Of a stretch of 64,000 bases of DNA, positions 10,132 through 21,159 are shown piece by piece; the first letter of the stretch is position 1, and the number at the start of each line of letters is the position of its first letter. The notes below the pieces were generated by a model that did no database searches, was not told the DNA's origin, and saw only the letters and a list, made by a program, of their open reading frames with translations. The translations under genes and the position numbers were made by a program. Origin of the DNA: Ignavibacteriota bacterium (GTDB taxonomy: Bacteria; Bacteroidota; Ignavibacteria; Palsa-1295); contig CAWBEI010000003.1 of assembly GCA_963787835.1 (NCBI GenBank), positions 384,001 to 448,000 of the forward strand. The letters are read 5' to 3'.

Positions 10132-10848
10132 CTACTGTGACGATTGAACTCTTTTTTTATTGCCTGCCCCCACTGCCACAGGGCGCGCCGCCACAGGGCG
10201 CACTAACTTCCGCGGCAGTGTTTTCTGCTTCAGATGATTTTTTCTTACATCCGTTTCCAGAATACCCTCGAATAAAATTGTGATCAAACTTTGAAACGCA
10301 ACCTGCGCCGTGCAGGGAAGCTCTCCAAGCGATTGCGGTGTCATTAAACTCTCGACCGCTGCTGTGTAACTCCTCAAAATAACTTCCGCCGGTACATCCG
10401 AGCGAAACACGCCATGTTTGATTCCCTCTTCGAGCAATATCCCAAATTTTCGGAACCGGGCCTGTTTCACCTCATGTATCTCCTGCCACACTTCCGGTGC
10501 GTGGATGAAGACATCCCGCGAAAGTACCGGCGAAACACGCTGATGCTGAAACCCGATCATCGACATCACTTCCTTTAGCTTCTCAAGGACGGGCATCGCT
10601 CGGTTTGAAACGATCACATCGATCTGTCTTGCCGATTCCTGGAGTTTCGGCAAAATAACCGCGCGAAGAATGTCTTCCTTCGTTTCGAATTCCTTATACA
10701 GCGTTTTTTTACTGATACCGATCGCCTGGGCGATCTCGGTAGCTGAAACCTTCGAGTATCCGTGTTCGTGAAACAACTCCCGCGCCGCATCGACAATGCG
10801 GCTCCGGAGGGTCTGATCCTGTTCGACGTTGGCGACCGTTTCTTTCAT
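10132..10848 (-). CDS. TetR/AcrR family regulator
   Basis: N-terminal HTH (IAQAIGISKKTLYKEF.TKEDI); first gene of the efflux operon. Confidence 0.92.
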   Translation of the reverse strand: MKETVANVEQDQTLRSRIVDAARELFHEHGYSKVSATEIAQAIGISKKTLYKEFETKEDILRAVILPKLQESARQIDVIVSNRAMPVLEKLKEVMSMIGFQHQRVSPVLSRDVFIHAPEVWQEIHEVKQARFRKFGILLEEGIKHGVFRSDVPAEVILRSYTAAVESLMTPQSLGELPCTAQVAFQSLITILFEGILETDVRKNHLKQKTLPRKLVRPVAARPVAVGAGNKKRVQSSQ

Positions 10849-10858
10849 TCAGGTCTCT

Positions 10859-10887
10859 GGAAACCCAAAATGGGAAGATTGGTTTCC
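10859..10887. promoter_or_regulatory. putative TetR operator GGAAACC-N15-GGTTTCC
   Basis: Perfect 7-bp inverted repeat 11 bp upstream of the tetR start. Confidence 0.55.
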
Positions 10888-10914
10888 GAGCCGATATTAT
10901 TTTTTTATTATTGC

Positions 10915-11949
10915 TCAAAATAAACCCCAGGAACCCGCTCTTCGAAAGTGATGCACCGAGAGCGGCTCCCGATAGCCTGTCATCCCATATTTCAGCGATA
11001 ACGCCTCGATTACCTTATGCATATAATCCGCATAGCCGCCCAAACCGGACATGCGGGTACCCCAATTCGGATCGTTTAACTTCCCGTTGCGGATCATGCG
11101 TATGCGCGTGATAACCCGATTCGCTTTTTCCGGATAATTCTTTTCGAGCCAATCCGTAAAGATCGGCGCTACGGCATACGGCAAGCGCAGAATGGTGTGT
11201 GCAACCCATTTCGCGCCATTCTCGCTTGCGCGCTTCAGGATCTGCGGAACTTCATTATCGTTTAACCCCGGAATGATCGGCCCGACCATCACTCCGACGG
11301 GTACATTCGCTTTTGCAAGTTCCTCCATCGCCTTGAATTTCCTGTCAGCGGTCGAGGTGCGCGGTTCCAGTTTGCGACGAAGTTCCGGATCGATCGATGT
11401 GATCGAAAGCATCGTTCGCACAAGATTAAGCTCTGCAAGCTCCTTCAGCAGATCGAGATCGCGAAGGATGAGCGCATTCTTCGTAAGAATGCTCACCGGG
11501 TTTCGATATTCCAGAAATACTTCGAGCAGTTGCCGTGTCAGTTTATGGGCACGCTCGGCGGGCTGATAGCAATCCGTGTTGCCGCTCATCATAATGCACT
11601 GCGGCATCCAATGAGGATTGCTGAACTCCCGGCGCAGCAATTCCGGCGCGTCATGCTTGACCATGATCTTCGTCTCGAAATCAATGCCGGCGTTGAATCC
11701 GAGATATTCATGGTAAGGCCTGGCACGGCAATAGGCGCAGCCATGCTCGCACCCGCGATATGCATTCAGCGAGTACGCCGTCGGGATGTCCGGACTGTCA
11801 TTCTTGAACAGAATGCTTTTCGCGTGATCCGGAATAAATTGCGTTTGAAGCACCGGCAATTCTTCGGCTAAGGTTTCCCAACCATCGTCGAAGGTTTCGC
11901 GGCGTGTTGTTTCAAAGCGGTTTTGTGGTAATAATATTGTTCCTCTCAT
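10915..11949 (-). CDS. PA0069/SplB-like radical SAM protein
   Basis: YRGCEHGCAYC (CX3CX2C), GNTDCYQP, LEPRTS. Confidence 0.9.
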   Translation of the reverse strand: MRGTILLPQNRFETTRRETFDDGWETLAEELPVLQTQFIPDHAKSILFKNDSPDIPTAYSLNAYRGCEHGCAYCRARPYHEYLGFNAGIDFETKIMVKHDAPELLRREFSNPHWMPQCIMMSGNTDCYQPAERAHKLTRQLLEVFLEYRNPVSILTKNALILRDLDLLKELAELNLVRTMLSITSIDPELRRKLEPRTSTADRKFKAMEELAKANVPVGVMVGPIIPGLNDNEVPQILKRASENGAKWVAHTILRLPYAVAPIFTDWLEKNYPEKANRVITRIRMIRNGKLNDPNWGTRMSGLGGYADYMHKVIEALSLKYGMTGYREPLSVHHFRRAGSWGLF

Positions 11950-11970
11950 AATTATGATTCTCTAAGAAAT

Positions 11971-12127
11971 GGGTGCCCGTCATTCTCAATTGAATTGTCA
12001 TTTAATGAACAGCCGTCTTTTATTCATGAATTTATGCAACATGGCGATTCCAGCCGAATTTCATCACTTCTTATTTTCCCCTTTCATAATTCATATTTCA
12101 TAATTCATACTTTCCCCATAGGTGCTC
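11971..12127. mobile_element. putative MITE-like element with degenerate G(G/A)GCACC ends and internal heptamer repeats
   Basis: Ends gggtgcccgt and ataggtgctc; the same 10-mer end occurs at 34288; internal ttcataa/ttcatat repeats. Confidence 0.35.
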
Positions 12128-12236
12128 ATTATAGTAGTGCCTAATATAGCACATTTTTAGGGAGGGTGTTTAAAAGCGAAATTTAAAGAACACAGCACGG
12201 ATTAAGCATTCGCATCGTTTCCTATTTTAGAAACGC

Positions 12237-12821
12237 ATGCCTGAGCCAAATCCCGAACTACTCATCATCGCAGGCCCGAACGGAGCCGGCAAGACGACGT
12301 TCATCAATACCTATTTACCGGAGTACACCAACGTCCGCGAGTTCGTCAATGCCGACCTGATCGCAAAGGGCATTTCGCCATTCGAGCCGGAGGGTGCGAT
12401 GATCGAGGCGGGGAGAATTCTCCTCTCGCGCGTTCACCAGCTTATCGTCGAGAAGATCTCCTTCGCGCTCGAAACGACCATGAGCGGGAAAAGCTATGCC
12501 ACGCTTATTGAAATGGCAAGGAAGACCGGTTATGAAGTTCGGCTGTATTACATTTACCTGAACTCGGTAGAGCTTTCGCTGAACCGTATTGCGGACAGGG
12601 TACTCGAGGGTGGACACAATGTGCCGCGCGAGGATGTGCTCCGCAGATACAACCGAAGCCTGAAAAACTTCTTCGAACTCTATTTGCCAATGGCGGACGA
12701 ATGGCAATTATTTGACAATTCGGGTTCAGATTGCCTGCCCGTTGCGGTATGGAAGAATGGTGAGATTAATGTGACGGAACCATCGTTATTCAAGGAAATA
12801 CAAAGCAAACATGTCTACTGA
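12237..12821 (+). CDS. zeta-toxin-like P-loop kinase/ATPase (COG4185 type)
   Basis: AGPNGAGKTT Walker A, FVNADLIA, ETTMSG, RV.EGGHNVP. Confidence 0.85.
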   Translation: MPEPNPELLIIAGPNGAGKTTFINTYLPEYTNVREFVNADLIAKGISPFEPEGAMIEAGRILLSRVHQLIVEKISFALETTMSGKSYATLIEMARKTGYEVRLYYIYLNSVELSLNRIADRVLEGGHNVPREDVLRRYNRSLKNFFELYLPMADEWQLFDNSGSDCLPVAVWKNGEINVTEPSLFKEIQSKHVY

Positions 12822-13008
12822 TGTTTACCAACTTCCTTCCGTGAAAGCCGCGAAACGCGCGACGGATAAAGTGAAAGAACAACACCGCCGCTCCGGCGAA
12901 CCAATGGTCATCTCACCCGAACCCCACCTCCTGCAATGGGTGGTGCCACAACCCGATGGCACGATGAAAGTGGTGAGAGAAGAGCGACTGGGTGCTACTC
13001 CTTTATGA
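12811..13008 (+). CDS. small partner protein of the zeta-like ATPase (putative antitoxin)
   Basis: 65 aa, overlaps the ATPase stop; typical gene pair. Confidence 0.6.
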   Translation: MSTDVYQLPSVKAAKRATDKVKEQHRRSGEPMVISPEPHLLQWVVPQPDGTMKVVREERLGATPL

Positions 13009-14329
13009 ACTTCGACCTTGAGTGACCATCGCTTAGGAAATAAACACCGGATGGAAGCAAGGAAATATCAAGCACATTGCCATTTCTGCGAACTTCGTAA
13101 CTCCGGCCAAGTGGATCGAGAATGGAAATTATCACGGCAGATGATACGAAATTAAGAATATTCATTGCCGGATTAGGATAAAGATATTCCTGACTGTTTT
13201 CCACAATCGAAACCGGAACTCCATCGGTAACGGGCACAAGACGTGTGAGCATGGAACCTGAAACAGGGCGCTGCTGACCATCAATTATCTCAGTATCGGC
13301 ATCAACAACAGGAATGATAGCAACAGCACTTCCAGAACTTGCCGTAACGATAGATGTCACATAGTTTGGGATAATACTATCAGAAACAACGCTATCAGTA
13401 ACCCATGTGTTTCCATGATCCGTACTCGCAACAACTATCGTCGAAGGGCTCTCGCCAAGAAAAATTGTATTCTCTTCTATATCTGAATTGCAATATGGCG
13501 CGGCAATATGAGTTGTGTCGGCAATAGGCTGCTCGACCCAATGTGTGCCAAGGTCAGACGAAGTAAACACAAGAGTGGACCATACTGTTTTCGAAGCATT
13601 GAGGCGAATTCCAAAAGCCCTCATGGTATCTCCACCCCCGAATTGGAAATAACGAATAACGATATTGGAATCCGAATAAGGACCGGCCGGTATAGGTCCT
13701 AAATATGAATTAGTTACCGTTTTCCCGTAATCCAGAGTAGTATAAACAAACGGCCCAGCCATAATTCGAAACATGCCATTACCATAAGAATGGCACGCTG
13801 AAGCCGTAGAAAAAGTGGTGATGCCGCCATTCCAACTCATTCCGCCATTGCTGGTAGTATAAAAGTGCTGAGTATTAGTAGCAATTATACCTTCCATAGC
13901 ACTCGAAAAGTGCAACATGGAATTGTAATAACCTATCTCTTCTGGTATCCATGTAGCTCCCCCATCCGACGATCGCCAAAACAAGTCAGAACCATTTACA
14001 GCGTACACGTTAAGAGAGTCGACCTGTTGCATCGCCACAATATCCTCCTCCGGCGAGGTAGTATCATATATCGAGGGCAGCGAATGCTTTGCCCACGTTG
14101 CTCCGCCGTCTGTGCTGGTCATTGTAAAATAACTATTAGATGTGTTTGTACTTGAAACCTCCCCCCATGCTACGTACGAGTTGCCAAAAGACGAAACTGC
14201 ATTGAACCCATATACAAAGGTATCGACGTTAGCAGGCTGTACGACATCCCAACGGTATTGAGCCTTCGTTCCCGGGACAAACACTATGAACGACAGAAGC
14301 ACAAGCAAGGAAAATTTAATTTTTAGCAT
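12995..14329 (-). CDS. T9SS cargo with BNR/Asp-box beta-propeller
   Basis: Signal peptide; S.DGGATW repeats; LYPNPA...LPSGVYFL..KFIKE C-terminal domain. Confidence 0.85.
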   Translation of the reverse strand: MLKIKFSLLVLLSFIVFVPGTKAQYRWDVVQPANVDTFVYGFNAVSSFGNSYVAWGEVSSTNTSNSYFTMTSTDGGATWAKHSLPSIYDTTSPEEDIVAMQQVDSLNVYAVNGSDLFWRSSDGGATWIPEEIGYYNSMLHFSSAMEGIIATNTQHFYTTSNGGMSWNGGITTFSTASACHSYGNGMFRIMAGPFVYTTLDYGKTVTNSYLGPIPAGPYSDSNIVIRYFQFGGGDTMRAFGIRLNASKTVWSTLVFTSSDLGTHWVEQPIADTTHIAAPYCNSDIEENTIFLGESPSTIVVASTDHGNTWVTDSVVSDSIIPNYVTSIVTASSGSAVAIIPVVDADTEIIDGQQRPVSGSMLTRLVPVTDGVPVSIVENSQEYLYPNPAMNILNFVSSAVIISILDPLGRSYEVRRNGNVLDISLLPSGVYFLSDGHSRSKFIKE

Positions 14330-14468
14330 AGGTACGGGTTATTCTGATAAGGAGACGAGGGGCTATTATGGCGAACAATCCCTCGATAGTTTAAAACGCA
14401 CAGGGGTCCATCGGGTTACAAAAAATCTTTAACAAAACACGTGTCAAAGAGACAACTATTCTACCCTA

Positions 14469-16490
14469 CTAATTCACCTTCTTATACAGCACAATATTAA
14501 CGGTTCTGGAATAGAAGCGGCCTTCGGGGATGTCGTTATCGAAGAGCAATTTCGATTTACCGAGACCGCGCGCCACGTAATCCTTCGCGCCAAGCAATTT
14601 GGCTACGGCGTTCGCGCGGTCCTCGGTGAGTTGAATGTTTAGCGTATCCTCGCCGGTTCGGTCGGCGTAGCCGGTGATATAGGCAACGGTCCCAGGCGTT
14701 AGCTGCTTGCGAATGAACTCGATCGCCCGCTCATTTTGCGGATCGATCTTCGAGGAACCGAAGTCGAACAGCACAAGGGTATATCGCTCGATGACGGTAT
14801 CAGCCACGCGTTCGAGGCGCTTCTTGCTGATCGTTTTTTGGCGCACCGGAATGGTTCCGATCGAGGTCACTTCCTGACCGACGGAGTCCGTGATCGTCAA
14901 ACCATACTCAATGGTATCCTCGGTACGCGGTATCTTCGCCGAAACCGAACGGAGATCCCAGTCCCACGTCTTTGGCTTGCTGCCGGAACCATCGTTATGA
15001 TACAGCGTCATCACGGGCTGCGTGACGTACATATCCCAGTGCTTGACGCCCGCCTGTGCCTTCACCGTTGGCACGAATTCCATACCCGGCGGATTCGTCG
15101 TGAGTTGAGTATCGGCAAGGAATACCGGCGCAAGAATGGCAGGATCCGAAGCCGCAATTTCCACACGGCGATTCTCTTCTTTTCCTTCCTGCTGCGTAAG
15201 CGAAGATGGTTTTGAAGGAAGCCCTCTCTTTTCGAGCGTCATGCGCGTTGGCGCAATCCCCCACACCTGCTCCAAATAAACAGCAACGGCATCCGCCCTT
15301 GATATGCCAAGGTTCTTATCGGCCAATTCTTCTGGCTCGTTCGAGGTGCATCCCGTTAAGGTCAGCTTCGCGTTAGGATGCTGGCGCATACGCAAACCGA
15401 TGATGTTCAGGATGTCGTGATAGACGCGAACATTATCGGTGGAGTCCGTTTTGCGAATATCCCAATCCGCTGCCTGGGCTGCGGTGATCGCATGATAGCG
15501 GGAAGGAATAACGCTGTTATCGAGTCCGAAGAGGACGAATGGCAGAAGCGGAGTTTGCGTGGTGGAATAAAATTCCTCAACCGCGACGGAAAGATTCGTC
15601 GAATCCTTCACACCATCCGTAATACTGTACGCCTTGATGCCAACGACCAACGCAGGCGGTGGAGGTGGTGGTGGCGGAGGAGGCAATGGCGGTGGTGGCG
15701 GCGCGATCGTCGTGATCGGAGTGTAGCCAATGCTGACTCCGGCGCGAAGTGCGTTTACCGTCCAGGTGAGTCCATTCACCATCTGGGACAGGCCGTAATC
15801 GAACGACACCTCCGGAATAAGATGCATCGAGCCTGATGCATTGAGTTGCAATGGGTACGACACACCCGCCATGACCCCGATACGGATTTTTTCTGCATCC
15901 GGAATATCGCCCGAATAAACGTTCCTCGTTCTGGAGTTTGAAGGATAGAACACCCCTTGATTTGCCGGCTGGGTCAGCGTTTCCGATTGATTGTAGGTGC
16001 TCTGCAAGACCATTCCAATATCGGCACCAGCCATCAGGCGAAGGCCGCCGAGATCGTACGCATAATAGGGTTCCAGCGACCCAACAGTAAAGTGTGAGGC
16101 GATCGTGTGCTCATCGACTCCTGCCACCGGCAACGCATTGATAGCAATAAGGATCGATTCATCGTCCTTCAGAGTTCCCGCCAGAGAGCTGATCGTTGCG
16201 CGCACACCGATATGCCCCGGCCCGAATGCATCGTAGTCGTAAAAGAACCCTCCTTCATATCCCCACCCATCGCCGGTCTTGAACAGCGGGCAGCAGTTCG
16301 GAATACCCGGAAGCGCCTGAAAATTCGCGACATCCATATTATACGAACCGTTCAGCACGATACCGAACGTACTCTTCGAGGTATCGTAACGAGGAACGGA
16401 AGTTTGCGCCTGAACAGCCGTGACGTTCAGCACAAGAACTGCCGAACAGACTACGAAGAGTCCCGATGCGATACGAACAAGGCTTGTCAT
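14469..16490 (-). CDS. OmpA-family protein: N-terminal beta-barrel, poly-Pro linker, two OmpA-like domains
   Basis: Signal peptide; PPPPPLPPPPPPPPPP; ENRRVEI and GYADRTG..RANAVA..SRTV motifs. Confidence 0.8.
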   Translation of the reverse strand: MTSLVRIASGLFVVCSAVLVLNVTAVQAQTSVPRYDTSKSTFGIVLNGSYNMDVANFQALPGIPNCCPLFKTGDGWGYEGGFFYDYDAFGPGHIGVRATISSLAGTLKDDESILIAINALPVAGVDEHTIASHFTVGSLEPYYAYDLGGLRLMAGADIGMVLQSTYNQSETLTQPANQGVFYPSNSRTRNVYSGDIPDAEKIRIGVMAGVSYPLQLNASGSMHLIPEVSFDYGLSQMVNGLTWTVNALRAGVSIGYTPITTIAPPPPPLPPPPPPPPPPALVVGIKAYSITDGVKDSTNLSVAVEEFYSTTQTPLLPFVLFGLDNSVIPSRYHAITAAQAADWDIRKTDSTDNVRVYHDILNIIGLRMRQHPNAKLTLTGCTSNEPEELADKNLGISRADAVAVYLEQVWGIAPTRMTLEKRGLPSKPSSLTQQEGKEENRRVEIAASDPAILAPVFLADTQLTTNPPGMEFVPTVKAQAGVKHWDMYVTQPVMTLYHNDGSGSKPKTWDWDLRSVSAKIPRTEDTIEYGLTITDSVGQEVTSIGTIPVRQKTISKKRLERVADTVIERYTLVLFDFGSSKIDPQNERAIEFIRKQLTPGTVAYITGYADRTGEDTLNIQLTEDRANAVAKLLGAKDYVARGLGKSKLLFDNDIPEGRFYSRTVNIVLYKKVN

Positions 16491-16492
16491 TA

Positions 16493-19400
16493 TTAGCGGG
16501 AAATCTGCAAATGATCGGATTTCACGATCGATGGTGTGCGAAGAGTATAGACATACGTTCCGGCAGGGAGCTTGCTGATATCCGCGCTGACAGTGTACGA
16601 TCCAGGCTGCGAATATGCATCAACAAGCCGGAGGACTACGCGGCCTAATACATCATAGATGATCAGTGTCGTCGGTCCCTGCTCGATGAGATTGTAATTG
16701 ATCTGAATACTATTAGTGGAAGGATTCGGTATGGGTTCGCTGAGCGAAACCGTTCCATTGGGATCGATAAGCCGCGCCCCTCCCTGATAGCAAAGATTGC
16801 TGAGACAGAAATTCCCATTTTGCACCGTCACGGAGATGTTCGGTGTGCTCCACGCGAAGGAATCGATGGTGACGCCGGTGCAACTGTCATCGCCAAGTGC
16901 GGCAGTGAACGGAAGATTCATCAGTACTCCATTGGTTGCCGAACTCGACCCGGTGTATTCCACGATCAGATCGTCCCCACTCACGCTCATTGATGCGAAC
17001 GAGCCCGCTGTTGGTATCAGCAACGTCCTGTTAAAGCGAAGTTTTGCCGTGAACGAGCGATTAACGCCGGCTGGAAGGCTCGTCGAACTAAGGATGCTAA
17101 GCGGAAGCGTTATCTGTGCAGACTCTGCCGCAAACACCATCGCAGGAACCCCGATAAGCGTCGAGCCTGCATTCGAGAATGGCAGTGAAGTATTGGAGCA
17201 TCCGTTAGCGTCGGTAATGGTCACCGTATAATTCCCGCCTGTCTTGGGCGTATCGTTCTGGGTCGTCGCGCCGGGGATTGGGACGCCGTTCAGCGACCAT
17301 TGATAACTCACGGCAGGTGTCGAAGTCAATATGTTATTTGCAGAGGTAATAACGGGCTGCGTCGGAATGGGATTGATCGTGACCGAAACAGGCTGTGAAG
17401 TTCCCTCGCATCCGGCCGCATTGGTGACCTGCACGGAATAGCTCCCCGTGCTCGTCACCAATATCTTTTCGGAAGTCACGCCAGGCATCGGATTGCCATT
17501 GTTGAGCCATTGATACGTCGCGAACCCTGCTCCGGCGTCAAGCGAAACGCTATCGGGCGCACAGACGGCGATCGGCCCTGCTGGCGCGATCTTAGGCGTT
17601 GCCGGTGAGGAGATGATCGTATCCGGCTGTGACGTTGCGGAGCATCCTACTCCGTCATCAACGGTAACAGTATAAATTCCAGCTTTGTGAACGGTGATCT
17701 GCTTCGTGGTATCGCCGGTGGACCAGAGATAGCCTCCGAAATTCGCGTTTACGCTCAATAGAACAGAATCCGTTGCCGTGCAAAGGATCGATTTTGATGT
17801 AACAATTACCGGAATCGCTCCCTTTGTGAACGAAAGCGAAAATAGCGGGGAAATATTGTTCGGAATCGCACAATCTCTCGCCATTATCACGGCGCTTGCG
17901 CACATCGAAGGATCGACAACCGTTACGTCGAAGTCAAATGTGGACGAACATGGCACAGACTGTGGCAATGCCGGATTTGTGGTAACATTGCTTGACTTTG
18001 ACATCCAAACGGAATCGATCCCACGATCCCACGACCGCGTTTCGGTGACATGAACATGCCATGTACTTGTTGCAGTATCAAACGGTTGGGCTGTAATGTT
18101 CGGAGGAGTGGTGTCCTGAGTAGTACAATACGTGATGGTATCGTAGGAAAAATTGTGCGACGTGTCGTTTGCTCGAAGAATGATCATTCCATCCTTCAAA
18201 GAATCCGTTACACACACTTCCAACGAGTCGCGTAGAATGTTGGGTGGATAGTAGTATCGGAATCCTACCATATTGGGTACCAGCATATTCACCTCCGATA
18301 CAACAACGAGGGAGTCAAGTCCGCGATCAATGCTTGTATCGCTTCTTGCGCTATCCGTTAGGATAAAACCTTGACAGAGGGAATGGCAACTATCCGCCGG
18401 AGTAACATTCCAGAAACGAGGTGCCGTCCGGTCCGGAAGCGGCGGATGCGCCGTAAAGCAGATCGTATCTCTGCTGACGTTATCGGCACAATCTGTGAAC
18501 GTCAGGACCACGTGGCCGGAATGGATCGTATCAACCTGCTGAACGAAGATCTTTGCAGAAGTGCCGATGCATTTGTAGGGCGGCGGCGGATTGAACGTAA
18601 CGCTATACTGATTCGCATTCAGGTCAGGAGACGCATAAGTAATATCCTGAAGGCCAAGATCGTAGAGACCGTTATCCTGCGCAGTGATGGTATCGTTAAA
18701 GATGGAGTCGCACCCAGCGAATGAGTTATGGAATGTGGGCGGCGTGGTATCGGGATGCGCGCAATCCACCTCTATCGAGCAATCCCACGGATTGATAAAG
18801 ATCGGCGTATCTACGCCGTTAGCCTTTACTTCGAAATTAATATCGACCGGGAACGATGAAGTACATCCCGATGGAAGCACGATTGCAGAATCCGTCCAGG
18901 AAGCTTCTGCAACCCCACCGAATCCGATCGTTCCAATCGACTGAAGTTGCGTCGTATCCTTGGGAAGCCCGGTTGGCAGCGGGTTCGTGATCCTGATGGG
19001 GTCGCTAACGGTTTGCCGAATGGTGGTCCCGCTCGCTTGTCCTGCATTATCGGTAAACAAAAATGTTTCGACGTTGAACGGATTCGGCGTATAGGTCAAC
19101 CTGACGGGATCCCATGTGATATGCTGAGGATAGAGTGCAAAGCCAACGATATTCCCATGATCGTAGCACCATTCCGGAGTTCCATAGGCCGTCCGAAAGA
19201 TCTCGGTTACACTATCGCTCACGCCGGCGCCGAACGCGCTGGCGGAATAGGACTGGCCGATCATCAGCGCCGCTTCATCTGAAAAATTTGGCGTTGGGGA
19301 TTCGAAACCCCATGTATAATAGACCATCTCCGGCCAGTTTCCGAATTCGATATTCGTGATCGGAAGCAAGTTCAGCGGCGTGGTACAAATGTATCGTTGA

Positions 19401-20082
19401 GATACCCGATCCCAACGGTCCCTAGTTTCACATTGCTCGGAGCATATTCGAACGCTAAAAAGAAACTTGGAATAGGATTCGGCGGGCATTCCTGCCAATT
19501 CCGAATATAGCCATAGCGGTTGATGATAAAGGGATTATCGTTCGCAGAATCTGGTGCGTCACTATTAAAATTATCCAGAAGATACTCCGCCTGAGCCGGC
19601 AGTGCATTCGTCAAGTGGTTGACGATCTTAACGCTGATTACGATAACGCCGCTACTCGTAAATGCAACGGGGAAAGCATCCTGAACGATATCGAACCCCT
19701 GCTCTTGCCAGATCGTCCGAAGAGTATCTTTAATTTTCGCGGTCTGCGGATTTGCTAATGTAACATCGGGTGGATGGGTATTTCCATTCGACCCGATGAA
19801 CTCAGCATTCGGGTTATCGCTATAATACAAACCGTTCACTTCAACTGTAAGGAATGACTCGTCGGCATAGGTAAGCGCATCCCCGTTCGCCGGAGGGCCT
19901 TTGTAGATCGTCAGTAACCCATTGATCTCTTTTACACTAACGAACTGGTTTTGGGTCACCTGTTGCGCATCCGCAACGCCAGAGCAAACAAGGACGGCTA
20001 CGACCACAAGCAGGATCGGCGTTCGCAGGAGCATCGAAAATAATGATGCGCGAATGGGTTTCAATCGGTGATTTGGTCGCAA
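16493..20082 (-). CDS. large T9SS cargo (Ig/PKD-like repeats), apparently frameshifted near 19380
   Basis: ORF 19372-20082 carries the signal peptide. ORF 16493-19498 carries GxYTVTV Ig repeats and the CTD (PNPS...LPAGTYVY). The frames join at ...DTFVP/PLNLLP with one base missing. Confidence 0.75.
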
Positions 20083-20183
20083 AATGGTTGGGATCCTGAA
20101 AGCTGAGGCTACGTTCGTCTTTTAATTAACTGTATTAAAACTAAGACATTCTCGCCATAATTCCGCAGATGACAGGTCGGCAG

Positions 20184-20555
20184 TTACTCAATTCCAACGA
20201 GCACACAATGAACTTCGCTATCTTTATTAAGGTAATATGCCGCACAGGTCCGGTGATAGCCATCCGCAATAAAGAGCTTATCGTTCTTTCGCACGAGTAA
20301 AACGGGCACAAGTGGAATTTCTTTAAGTATCTTCACAAATTCTGCCCGAACATCCTCGTTCGTTTCCGGCAATAGTTGAGTTTGTGACGCACGCAGGACA
20401 TCCTTGGCTTTAAATTGCTCGATCACGTCTCGATGTTTTTCAAGTTTCTCGGCTGCGGCATCGACCGCCTTTGTGTTTAAGACGAGTTTTAGATATTCTT
20501 TCGCTGCCGCGATGTCCTTTTTTGTAACTTTTGGAGCCCACTTAATTTCGTTCAT
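20184..20555 (-). CDS. stand-alone ParB/Srx-like domain protein
   Basis: PVLLVR...IADGYHR motif; likely ATG at 20555. Confidence 0.7.
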   Translation of the reverse strand: MNEIKWAPKVTKKDIAAAKEYLKLVLNTKAVDAAAEKLEKHRDVIEQFKAKDVLRASQTQLLPETNEDVRAEFVKILKEIPLVPVLLVRKNDKLFIADGYHRTCAAYYLNKDSEVHCVLVGIE

Positions 20556-20754
20556 AAATGTTCGGAATGATTCTCTGTTACGCACTAATTCCCATATTAC
20601 CAAAGTGCATTGATTTGTTAACACAAACTTATCCAAGAAAGTAAATTCTTTCTGCGCGATGTGGTGTAGTATGCATACAACGAGCGATCGGCAACGGACG
20701 CTCTGTGTCTATATAAAAAATCGTTTTACACACTAACCTTCAAAGAGGATACCT

Positions 20755-21102
20755 ATGATCGCAATGCAGATGAAATGGGAAGGCGTCACGCCCGAACAAT
20801 ACCATGAATTGAACAACATCTTGAATATCACTGAAGTACCGCCGGAAGGTCTTCAGATCCACATAGCATTTTCCGATGGCAACAACCTGCGCGTTCAGGA
20901 TGTGTGGGAAAGCCAAGAGTACTTGAATGCGTTCAGCGAACATCGTCTGATGCCCGCTGTCATGCAGCTTGGCATCACGGCACAGCCACAGATGGAAATC
21001 TATCCTGTGATTAGCCTTAAGACTCCGGGTTTTGTTTCGACATCCGATGTCGAAATGGATGAAGAAGTCGAGATGGAAGAAGAACTCGAACCGGCCGCCT
21101 AA
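20755..21102 (+). CDS. hypothetical protein (ABM-like ferredoxin fold, acidic tail)
   Basis: AGAGGA RBS; PEGL..H....VQDVWES.E...F pattern. Confidence 0.7.
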   Translation: MIAMQMKWEGVTPEQYHELNNILNITEVPPEGLQIHIAFSDGNNLRVQDVWESQEYLNAFSEHRLMPAVMQLGITAQPQMEIYPVISLKTPGFVSTSDVEMDEEVEMEEELEPAA

Positions 21103-21120
21103 TTTCGGTTCCCAGTTTTG

Positions 21121-21153
21121 AAACACCGCTTTGCAAATAGCAGAGCGGTGTTT
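21121..21153. terminator. bidirectional intrinsic terminator
   Basis: aaacaccgctttgc / gcagagcggtgttt hairpin between convergent genes. Confidence 0.75.
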
Positions 21154-21159
21154 CCTCGT

